A DNA stretch of 29,403 nucleotides from Ruminococcaceae bacterium UBA1785 (lineage in GTDB: Bacteria > Bacillota > Clostridia > Oscillospirales > Acutalibacteraceae), in assembly GCA_002314555.1 (NCBI GenBank), contig DCGF01000098.1, forward strand, positions 4,813-34,215. The letters run 5' to 3'. The position numbers and the translations under genes are program-made. The notes under the pieces were generated by a model, which was not told the origin of the DNA, did no database searches, and saw only the letters and a list, made by a program, of their open reading frames with translations. This document shows, one piece after another, positions 8,049 to 15,720 of the stretch. Each line of letters begins with the position of its first letter. The stretch's first letter is position 1.

Positions 8049-9299
8049 ATGTCAACTTTTAGACCTTTTAAAGCAGTTAGACCTCTCCCAGCATTTGCTG
8101 AGAAAGTTGCTGCTCTTCCATATGATGTAATGACTTCCGCCGAAGCGCGTGAAGAGGTAAAGGATAACCCATATTCATTCCTCCACGTTGATAAGGCGGA
8201 AATTGATTTGCCACTTGGCACCGACCTCTATAGTGATGAGGTTTATAAAAAAGCCGCTAGCAACCTTAAGAGTCTTGAAAATGATGAGATTATGAAGCAG
8301 GACAGCATGGACTGCTATTACATCTACGAACAGACTTGGAAAGGCAAAACTCAGACAGGTATTGTAGGTTGCGCCTCAATTGATGAATATATAAATGGAA
8401 AGATAAAAAAGCACGAGCTCACAAGAGCTGACAAAGAGGCAGACCGTATCCGCCACGTCGACACCTGTGATGCTAACACCGGCCCTATCTTCCTCACATA
8501 TAAAGGTAATGATAAAATCAACGCCATCATTAAAAAATATCAGGCAGAGAACATGCCGGTATATAACTTTACTTCAGTTGGTGACGTTAAAAACCGCATT
8601 TGGGTTGTAAATAATGACCGCTTAGATGCAGATGCTTTAAGACTCGCTTTTGAGGAAGTAGAAGCTCTATACATCGCTGACGGACATCACCGCTGTGCGT
8701 CAGCCGTAAAAGTAGGTCAAAAGCGACGCGAAGAGAATAAAGACTACACAGGCGAAGAGGAATTCAATTTCTTCCTCGCTGTAGCATTTCCAAAAGAGGA
8801 ACTTCAAATTCTCGACTACAACAGAGTAATTAAAGATTTGAACGGTCTTTCTAAAGAGGACTTCCTCAAAAAGGTTAATGAGAAATTCCAGATTGAAACA
8901 ACCCTAAATATCGAGCCATACGCTCCAACAACTCGTCACGAGTTCGGTATGCTCCTTTCTGGAAAATGGTATAAGTTGACTGCTAAAGAAGGCACATATG
9001 ACGACAGCGACCCTGTAGGCTCTCTCGACGTATCAATCCTTCAAAACAATTTAATCTCCCATGTTCTCGGTATTGATGATCCAAGAACAGATAAGAGAAT
9101 CGATTTTGTCGGTGGCATCAGAGGCCTCTCTGAGCTCGAGCACCGATGCGCAGATGATATGGAACTTGCCTTCGCAATGTTCCCAACATCACTTGATGAG
9201 CTCATAAACATCGCCGATGCCGGTAAGCTTATGCCACCAAAATCAACCTGGTTTGAACCAAAACTTCTCTCAGGTCTCTTTATTCACAAACTAAAATAA
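8049..9299 (+). CDS. DUF1015 family protein
   Basis: Family hallmarks FRPFKAVRP, LPYDV, CDANTGPIFLTY, LYIADGHHRCASA, QILDYNRV, RIDFVGGIRG, MPPKSTWFEPKL. Confidence 0.9.
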   Translation: MSTFRPFKAVRPLPAFAEKVAALPYDVMTSAEAREEVKDNPYSFLHVDKAEIDLPLGTDLYSDEVYKKAASNLKSLENDEIMKQDSMDCYYIYEQTWKGKTQTGIVGCASIDEYINGKIKKHELTRADKEADRIRHVDTCDANTGPIFLTYKGNDKINAIIKKYQAENMPVYNFTSVGDVKNRIWVVNNDRLDADALRLAFEEVEALYIADGHHRCASAVKVGQKRREENKDYTGEEEFNFFLAVAFPKEELQILDYNRVIKDLNGLSKEDFLKKVNEKFQIETTLNIEPYAPTTRHEFGMLLSGKWYKLTAKEGTYDDSDPVGSLDVSILQNNLISHVLGIDDPRTDKRIDFVGGIRGLSELEHRCADDMELAFAMFPTSLDELINIADAGKLMPPKSTWFEPKLLSGLFIHKLK

Positions 9300-9304
9300 G
9301 ACAT

Positions 9305-9340
9305 AAAAAAACGGTCGCTTTAAGCGACCGTTTTATTTTA
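9305..9340. terminator. Bidirectional intrinsic terminator between DUF1015 and the diguanylate cyclase
   Basis: A-tract, acggtcgct / agcgaccgt stem, T-tract, between convergent stops. Confidence 0.85.
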
Positions 9341-10255
9341 TTTTCTTCTGTCCTTACCAGTCTCTCTGTAGTATCTGTCTTTATCAGCATACATGAGTTT
9401 ATCAGCGATGTGTGAAAGTTCTTCGAGTGTAGCGTCTGGGAACTCTTTCACAGATGCGAGACCCTTTGAAATAGAGAGTTCATAATCATATGACCCCTTA
9501 TAGTTTCCGATAAGTTCATCCATGTTTTTAATACATTCATCAACGGTTTTTTCATCCGCTCTTAAAATGGCCATAAACTCATCACCACCAGTACGGAAAA
9601 CCTTACCAACTACGCCAAATCCAGCACGGATAATCTTAGCTGAGTTGATAATGAGTTCATCACCAGCAGCGTGACCCAAATTATCATTTACGAACTTAAG
9701 ACCGTTAAGGTCCATAGAAACATAGACAAGGTCCTCTGGAAGTTCCTTACCTCTATATTCAGCGATTTCTTCTTCATATGCGCGTCTGTTTAAAAGAGTC
9801 GTGAGTTCATCTGTCAAAGAAATCTTTATGAGTTTTTCTATTCTACGCTTCTCTTCATCAATTATCTCTGTAGCAAAGATAACACGGATAGGCAAGTCAT
9901 TATCATCTGTTTCAACAGTGATAAAACGAGCCCTGAACCAGCCGATGTTTGCACCTATAAACTCAGCCGCAAGTGATTTTTTACCCTTTAAACGCTTTGG
10001 TATCAAATCAAGTCTTACAAAGTCAAGTGCTGCATCTTTATGTTCGCTAACAGTGATAGCACTGATCAAATTAACCAGGTAACCTGATGCGTCTCTGTTA
10101 TCAAGTTCAATAGAACTTACGAACTCATCAGCGTTATATTCAACAACAGTGTTTTTTGTTAAATCGATAATGTGAAGTGAATAGTAAATACCTGAAAGAG
10201 CGTCAATCAGCATAAACTGAGACATTGCTCTGTTCATTTTACCTAAATCTCCCAT
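9338..10255 (-). CDS. Cytoplasmic GGDEF diguanylate cyclase with N-terminal PAS-like region
   Basis: TDELTTLLNRR, DLNGLKFVNDNLGHAAGDELI, FRTGGDEF, SISKG, ADKLMYADK; no hydrophobic transmembrane stretch. Confidence 0.92.
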   Translation of the reverse strand: MGDLGKMNRAMSQFMLIDALSGIYYSLHIIDLTKNTVVEYNADEFVSSIELDNRDASGYLVNLISAITVSEHKDAALDFVRLDLIPKRLKGKKSLAAEFIGANIGWFRARFITVETDDNDLPIRVIFATEIIDEEKRRIEKLIKISLTDELTTLLNRRAYEEEIAEYRGKELPEDLVYVSMDLNGLKFVNDNLGHAAGDELIINSAKIIRAGFGVVGKVFRTGGDEFMAILRADEKTVDECIKNMDELIGNYKGSYDYELSISKGLASVKEFPDATLEELSHIADKLMYADKDRYYRETGKDRRK

Positions 10256-10264
10256 TATTTCTCC

Positions 10265-10537
10265 TTATGGGGCATCTGTAGCTGCAACACTATTTCCAGC
10301 GCCACTGCTAGCTGAACCAACTGTGTGGTTTGTAGATGTCTTTCTGTAGTTTTCGCGGATTTCATGAGTTCTTACTGTTGGATCAGGATAAACATACTGT
10401 GCTCTCTCCTTCTCCTCATAAACGCCATCCCAACCGTGAAGCAAGAAGTCTACATCAACAATAGCATCTGCAACACAGCCGCTGAATGAAAGAACCATAG
10501 CTAAGGCAAGTAAAATTGCTACAAGTCTTTTTCTCAT
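10265..10537 (-). CDS. Small lipoprotein (90 aa precursor) of unknown function
   Basis: ATG 10537 with GGAGG RBS; signal MRKRLVAILLALAMVLSFSG-C with a lipobox; Ser/Gly/Ala low-complexity tail; its TAA overlaps the AAGGAG RBS of the cyclase. Confidence 0.75.
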   Translation of the reverse strand: MRKRLVAILLALAMVLSFSGCVADAIVDVDFLLHGWDGVYEEKERAQYVYPDPTVRTHEIRENYRKTSTNHTVGSASSGAGNSVAATDAP

Positions 10538-10578
10538 AATTGAAACCTCCGAAAATAATTTACACTTAAACAAGTTAA

Positions 10579-10607
10579 ATTTTATCATATAAAGTAGTTA
10601 TTGTAAA
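10579..10607 (-). promoter_or_regulatory. Sigma-A promoter with extended -10 for lipoprotein-cyclase
   Basis: TTTACA (10607-10602), 17 nt, TAAAAT (10584-10579) preceded by TG; starts 7 nt after the tRNA 3' end. Confidence 0.6.
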
Positions 10608-10614
10608 TAATAAT

Positions 10615-10691
10615 TGGCACGCTCGGCCGGAGTTGAACCGGCGACACCTAGCGTCGGAGGCTAGTGCTCTATCCAACTGAGCTACGAGCGT
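10615..10691 (-). tRNA. tRNA-Arg (anticodon CCG), 77 nt, CCA encoded
   Basis: Folds as ACGCTCG/CGAGCGT acceptor, GCTC/GAGC D stem with loop AGTTGGATA (A20), CTAGC/GCTAG anticodon stem with loop CTCCGAC, GCCGG/CCGGC T stem with TTCAACT, G73, CCA. Confidence 0.96.
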
Positions 10692-10702
10692 ACATAGAGT
10701 GA

Positions 10703-11689
10703 CTATGATTTATAGTCACCACGTTTATAGGCGTCAATCCGGGCTTTGCGCTCACGTCTATTTGACTTTGATGCAAAATAAACCATGCAAAGTTTTTTGT
10801 TGTTTGACTTTCTAAATCTAATTGGCTTTTTGTAATTTGTATCATTGCCGTGAACTTGGCTTAGGTAGTATGTAGCCTTTAAATCACTGGCATAATCATG
10901 GTCTAATGCTTTTGGACAGTATGTGCAGTAAATCTTTTTCTTTTCGAGTGACGGAAGAAGTTTTTCCAAAGTGTTTACATACTCGTTTAGCGGTAGTGCT
11001 GTAGGTAGAAGCTGTATTCCAAGTGGAGATATTACATCACCAACTACAGCTATTTTTTCATCCTCATCTAAGAAGCAAACGCTTCCTTTAGTGTGAGAAG
11101 GAGCCTCAAAAATCTTAATAGTTCTGCCGCCTAAATCAAAGCCATGTTCTATCTCATCCTTTGTTAATGCGACAAAGGTTGGCTTTTTATCAATGTCTTT
11201 TCCAGCCTTACCAGTTAATGCAGTTAAGTACCTAGCGATCTTATTATATGTAGGAGCAAGTTTTTTATCAGCTTTACTGATTTTAACCTCGTTGAACTGA
11301 CCCGCTCCACCTGTTGAATCGAAGTGTGCATGTGTGCAGACAACAGTCAAAGGTTTGTCTGTAAGTTTTAAAACTTCATCCTTTAAGTTTCCAAAGCCTA
11401 TACCAGTATCAACTAGGAGGGCTCTTTTCTTTCCTATGAAGAGGAATGATTGAAAGACAAAATCAGTTGTAATCCTATATGTATCACGTGCAATTTTTTC
11501 AGTCTTTTGAGAAATAAAGAGTTTCTCTTTAAACTTCTCTCTAAGCCAAGGTGAGTTATATGCCTTCTTAGCTGAAGTAATCGCAGCACCCTTAGCTACA
11601 TTTTTAATATTAAGTTTTGCTTTTTGTAACCAAGGCATTTCTGGCCAACCGGCGTTTGCCCACTGGCGGTCATCTGTGATTTTAATCAT
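10703..11689 (-). CDS. Metallo-beta-lactamase-fold protein with degenerate metal motif
   Basis: ALLVDTGIG, VVCTHAHFDSTGG (HxHxDH with last H to S), APSHTKGSVCF, VVGDV; TAATG overlap with tsaD and a GAGGAG RBS. Confidence 0.85.
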   Translation of the reverse strand: MIKITDDRQWANAGWPEMPWLQKAKLNIKNVAKGAAITSAKKAYNSPWLREKFKEKLFISQKTEKIARDTYRITTDFVFQSFLFIGKKRALLVDTGIGFGNLKDEVLKLTDKPLTVVCTHAHFDSTGGAGQFNEVKISKADKKLAPTYNKIARYLTALTGKAGKDIDKKPTFVALTKDEIEHGFDLGGRTIKIFEAPSHTKGSVCFLDEDEKIAVVGDVISPLGIQLLPTALPLNEYVNTLEKLLPSLEKKKIYCTYCPKALDHDYASDLKATYYLSQVHGNDTNYKKPIRFRKSNNKKLCMVYFASKSNRRERKARIDAYKRGDYKS

Positions 11690-12702
11690 TAAAACTCCTC
11701 GTTAATAGGCATTGTAGCCTTAGCATTTAAATCAAGTGTAGCGCGAGAACCTGCGATATATTCGTAGTAGCCCTGGGCGCCAACCATAGCGGCATTATCT
11801 CCGCAAAGTTTGAGGTCTGGCATAAAGAGTTGCCATCCGTTTTCAGCGCAGCAGTTTTGCATCTCTCTTCTAAGAACAGAGTTTGCAGATACGCCACCTG
11901 CAAGGACAATCTTTTCATAACCAAATTCTTTTGCAGCTTTAGAAGTGTTCTCTACCAAAGAGCGTACAACAGCGGCAATTACAGATGCGCCCATATCTTC
12001 TACCGATACAGTTTCACCCTTCTGTTCACAGTTGTGAACTGTGTTAATAACGAAGGTCTTAAGTCCTGAAAAGCTGAAGTCGTATGGAGCACCTTCAACT
12101 CTAGGGTGAGGCATCTTATATGCTGTTGGATCTCCGTCCTTTGCAGCTTTGTCAAGGTTTAAGCCGCCCGGGTATGGAAGACCTAATGTTCTAGCTGACT
12201 TATCCATACATTCGCCTGCTGCGTCGTCTCTAGTACAACCTATGATGTTATATTCGGTGTAGGACTTAACCTCAACTAAATGGGTATGTCCACCCGAGAC
12301 AACAAGTGCTAGGAATGGAGGCTTAAGTTCCTCTGATGTTATATAGTTTGAAGCTATGTGAGAGCGAAGATGATGAACTGGAACTAGTGGCTTGTTATAT
12401 TTTAGAGCGAGTCCTTTAGCGAAGTTTACGCCTACGAGCAAAGCACCAATAAGACCCGGTGCTGCAGTTACAGCAATAGCATCGATGTCATCGATAGTGC
12501 ATCCCGCGTCAGCTAAAGCCTGCTCAGTTATTTTTGAGATGGCTTCTGTATGTCTTCTTGAAGCAATCTCAGGCACAACACCACCGTAGAGTTTATGTTC
12601 CTCTACCTGCGACGCGATAACAGATGACAGAACTTTTCTGCCATCTTCTACAACCGCTGTCGCAGTCTCGTCACAAGAACTCTCAATTGCCAAAATCTTC
12701 AT
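11689..12702 (-). CDS. tsaD: tRNA N6-threonylcarbamoyladenosine biosynthesis protein TsaD
   Basis: ILAIESSCDET, YGGVVPEIASRRH, PGLIGALLVG, HHLRSH, VSGGHT, DDAAGE, FSFSGLKT, AGGVSANS, CGDNAAMV. Confidence 0.98.
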   Translation of the reverse strand: MKILAIESSCDETATAVVEDGRKVLSSVIASQVEEHKLYGGVVPEIASRRHTEAISKITEQALADAGCTIDDIDAIAVTAAPGLIGALLVGVNFAKGLALKYNKPLVPVHHLRSHIASNYITSEELKPPFLALVVSGGHTHLVEVKSYTEYNIIGCTRDDAAGECMDKSARTLGLPYPGGLNLDKAAKDGDPTAYKMPHPRVEGAPYDFSFSGLKTFVINTVHNCEQKGETVSVEDMGASVIAAVVRSLVENTSKAAKEFGYEKIVLAGGVSANSVLRREMQNCCAENGWQLFMPDLKLCGDNAAMVGAQGYYEYIAGSRATLDLNAKATMPINEEF

Positions 12703-12703
12703 C

Positions 12704-13141
12704 TTAAAACCTCTTAGTCATGATTAGTGCATCCTCGTCTGGATCTCTGTAAAATCCCGGACGAGTGCCCTCGAGTATAAAGCCATATTTCTTATAAAGT
12801 CCTATGGCTGATAAATTTGAAAACCTAACTTCCAATGTGATAAAGGAAGCTTTGGAAAGTTCTGCTACTCCTACGAGTTTTTCAAGGAGTGCTGAACCAA
12901 CGCCATTTCTTCTCTCGCTCTCTGTAACAGCGATATTAGTAATAAACCACTCATCCATAACGGTGTATGAGCCGATATATCCGATGACCTTTTCATCATC
13001 ACTTACAGCCACATAGAAATGTGCGGAGGAGTTACTATAATACTCATCAAAGTTTTCGAGTGTCCAAGGATGAGCAAAGCATTCATTTTCTAGGGCAACT
13101 AGGAATTCCATGTTGCCTCTATTCATCTCTACTATCTTCAT
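12704..13141 (-). CDS. rimI: RimI-like GNAT N-acetyltransferase
   Basis: ITNIAV...RRNGVGSALL, TLEVRFSNLSAIGLYKKYGF, RPGFY..PDEDALIM; ATG overlaps the polA TGA (ATGA); usual neighbour of tsaD. Confidence 0.9.
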   Translation of the reverse strand: MKIVEMNRGNMEFLVALENECFAHPWTLENFDEYYSNSSAHFYVAVSDDEKVIGYIGSYTVMDEWFITNIAVTESERRNGVGSALLEKLVGVAELSKASFITLEVRFSNLSAIGLYKKYGFILEGTRPGFYRDPDEDALIMTKRF

Positions 13142-15630
13142 CCTTTTGCCTCGTACCAAGTCTTTCCTATGTGAGCGTCTGAGAGAAGCTTAACCTTAAG
13201 TGCGCAGGCATTCTCCATCTCCTCTTTAACAATAGAGCAGACAGTTTCAGCCTGATCAAGACGTGCTTCAACTAAAAGTTCGTCGTGAACCTGCATAATA
13301 AGTTTTGCATCAAGGCCCTCATCTAAAAGACGGTTATAAACTTTAATCATAGCGATTTTTATTATATCTGCTGCAGTTCCTTGGATAGGCATGTTACGTG
13401 CAACACGCTCTCCAAAAGCTCTGAGCATATGATTTGAAGAAGTGAGTTCAGGAAGATATCTTCTACGCTCATAGAGAGTCTTTACATATCCGTTTGCCTT
13501 TGCCTCTTCAATAACATTCTTCATATATGAATCAACGCCGGAGAAGTTCTCTAGATAACTCTTAATATAGTCCTGCGCCTCCGCTCTAGAAACACCTATA
13601 TCTTTAGCAAGTGAGAAAGCACCGATGCCATAAACAATACCAAAGTTTACAGCTTTTGCTCTAGATCTCATAGTAGATGTAACATCATCAAAAGGTACTT
13701 TAAACACCTGTGATGCAGTTACTCTGTGAACATCTTCGCCACTTTCAAATGCAACTATCATATTTTTATCATCAGCCATATGAGCAAGTACTCTAAGTTC
13801 AATCTGGCTATAGTCGGCATCAATTAATGTGTATCCCTCTTTAGCCACAAAGAATTTACGAAGCTCTGAACCAAGTGGCTTTCTAACAGGAATGTTTTGA
13901 AGATTAGGTTCAGTTGATGAGATACGACCTGTTCTAGTTTCAGTTTGGTTAAGTGTAGAGCGGATTCTTCCATCTTCAGCTATACAGTTTACAAGCCCAT
14001 CACAATAAGTGGACTTGAGTTTTGCTAGCATTCTATATTCTAAGATGTCAGCGACAACTGGATAATCATCAGCGAGCTCTTCGAGTACATCAGCAGATGT
14101 GGAATAACCACTCTTTGTCTTCTTCTTGGCTGGAATACCAAGTTTTTCAAAGAGCGCTTCGCCGAGCTGTTTTGGAGAATTGAGATTGAACTCAAAACCA
14201 CACTCGTCATAAATTTTTCTAGTTATCTCCTCTACCTTTGCAGCGATAACTGAGCCATACTCTATAAGGCCATCTTTATCTACACAGAATCCTATGTTTT
14301 CCATAGAAGCTAAAACTTCAGCGAGGGAGATTTCAAGTGCAAGCAAATCTGCTTGGTTATTATTATCAATCTGTGCCATAAGTTTAGAGACAAGCACTTC
14401 AAAAGAACCTGCACCGTACTCAAGTAAAAGTCTATCTACGGAATAGTCATTGCCAGAAGGATTCAAGATATATGCTGAGAGAGCAGCATCAAAAACAATG
14501 CCTTCTACGTTAAATCCGTTCTTAAACCCATATGCATATATAGGCTTTGAATCTGCCACGTATTTCTTTATTCTACTATCTTTGAGAGCATCTAAGACCT
14601 CTGAAAGAACAGCATCTTTAGTGTCAAAAATGTATAGATTTCCACCTTCAGTAAAGTAATATCCCTTTACATCGTCGGCATTTTTACTAGAATCAGGCTC
14701 TTTTACCTCACCAAAAGACATCTGCTCAGAGTCAGAATCGGCTGTAACTACGTTACTTGCTGCATCTCTAAGGCCCAACTGATCAATCATCTTAAACATC
14801 TCAAGCGACGCGAGTAATCGAGATGCCGCAGCGGGATCTCCCGCTCCGATTCTGTAGCTCTCAAGATTTAGGTCAATTGGAACATTTAAGCAGATTGTAC
14901 CAAGCTCACGAGAAAGGTAAGCATTATCTTTATCATTTTCAAGTTTTTGTTTTACGCCAGCTTTGATATCAAGGGTATCAAGGTTTTCATATATATTATC
15001 AAGGTTTTCGAAGCGCTGAATTAAATCCTGTGCCGTCTTTTCGCCCACGCCTGAGACACCAGGAATGCAGTCCGACGCATCGCCCTGCAAAGCTTTGATA
15101 TCTATCATCTGCTTTGGTGCGACACCATATGTCTCTTTTATGTATTCTGGTGTGCAACGAGTAACTGTTGTCTTACCCATTCTAGTTGATGGCAAAAGAA
15201 CTGTTACGTTATCTTTTATAAGCTGGAAGCTGTCTCTATCTCCTGTGACAAGATAGCATTCATCTGAATCAGAACAAGCTGCTGACAATGTTCCAAGAAT
15301 GTCATCTGCTTCATAGCCCGAGAGTTCCACTGTCTTATAACCAAGGAGTGGAAGAAGTTCTTTAAGAACTGGCATCTGCTCTGCAAGTTCTTCTGGCATG
15401 CCATGTCTGTTTGCTTTATATCCGTCATACATCTTATGGCGGAAAGTTGGGTCTTTCAAATCAAATGCTATAGCAATACCATCAGGATTTACGTCAGTGC
15501 AAACTCTATTGAGTATTGAGAGAAATCCGAAGATACCATTTGTAAACCTACCATCTTTAGTGGTAAGCAGTTTTATTCCGTAGAATGCACGGTTGATTAT
15601 GCTGTTTCCGTCAACTACAAGTAACTTCAT
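13138..15630 (-). CDS. polA: DNA polymerase I
   Basis: 5'-3' exonuclease (VVDGNS...RAFY, GYEADDILGT, TGDRD, GDASDCIPGV); polymerase motifs DADYSQIELR, RAKAVNFGIVYG, QGTAADIIK, MQVHDEL. Confidence 0.98.
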   Translation of the reverse strand: MKLLVVDGNSIINRAFYGIKLLTTKDGRFTNGIFGFLSILNRVCTDVNPDGIAIAFDLKDPTFRHKMYDGYKANRHGMPEELAEQMPVLKELLPLLGYKTVELSGYEADDILGTLSAACSDSDECYLVTGDRDSFQLIKDNVTVLLPSTRMGKTTVTRCTPEYIKETYGVAPKQMIDIKALQGDASDCIPGVSGVGEKTAQDLIQRFENLDNIYENLDTLDIKAGVKQKLENDKDNAYLSRELGTICLNVPIDLNLESYRIGAGDPAAASRLLASLEMFKMIDQLGLRDAASNVVTADSDSEQMSFGEVKEPDSSKNADDVKGYYFTEGGNLYIFDTKDAVLSEVLDALKDSRIKKYVADSKPIYAYGFKNGFNVEGIVFDAALSAYILNPSGNDYSVDRLLLEYGAGSFEVLVSKLMAQIDNNNQADLLALEISLAEVLASMENIGFCVDKDGLIEYGSVIAAKVEEITRKIYDECGFEFNLNSPKQLGEALFEKLGIPAKKKTKSGYSTSADVLEELADDYPVVADILEYRMLAKLKSTYCDGLVNCIAEDGRIRSTLNQTETRTGRISSTEPNLQNIPVRKPLGSELRKFFVAKEGYTLIDADYSQIELRVLAHMADDKNMIVAFESGEDVHRVTASQVFKVPFDDVTSTMRSRAKAVNFGIVYGIGAFSLAKDIGVSRAEAQDYIKSYLENFSGVDSYMKNVIEEAKANGYVKTLYERRRYLPELTSSNHMLRAFGERVARNMPIQGTAADIIKIAMIKVYNRLLDEGLDAKLIMQVHDELLVEARLDQAETVCSIVKEEMENACALKVKLLSDAHIGKTWYEAKG

Positions 15631-15666
15631 ATTATCCCTCCAAAATTAACACTTAATTTTAACATA

Positions 15667-15695
15667 TTGTGAAGTTTTTTTCCATATGATATATT
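15667..15695 (+). promoter_or_regulatory. Candidate promoter of the lipase gene
   Basis: TTGTGA (15667-15672), 17 nt, TATATT (15690-15695) with upstream TG; back to back with a TGnTAAAAT -10 for polA at about 15656-15664 on the minus strand. Confidence 0.4.
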
Positions 15696-15720
15696 AATTA
15701 TACATAAAGGGAGGATAAAG

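Noticed and set aside
10538-10614. c-di-GMP riboswitch upstream of the lipoprotein-cyclase pair
   Set aside because: The region is short and AT-rich, is explained by a promoter and RBS, and shows no GEMM-like stems.
10615-10691. tRNA as attachment site of an integrated element (accessory-looking genes follow it)
   Set aside because: No integrase or recombinase nearby, and I saw no second copy of the tRNA 3' end in the window.
10703-11689. Calling the MBL-fold gene a beta-lactamase resistance gene
   Set aside because: No signal peptide, degenerate second metal site, and the motif context resembles cytoplasmic hydrolases rather than B1/B2/B3 enzymes.
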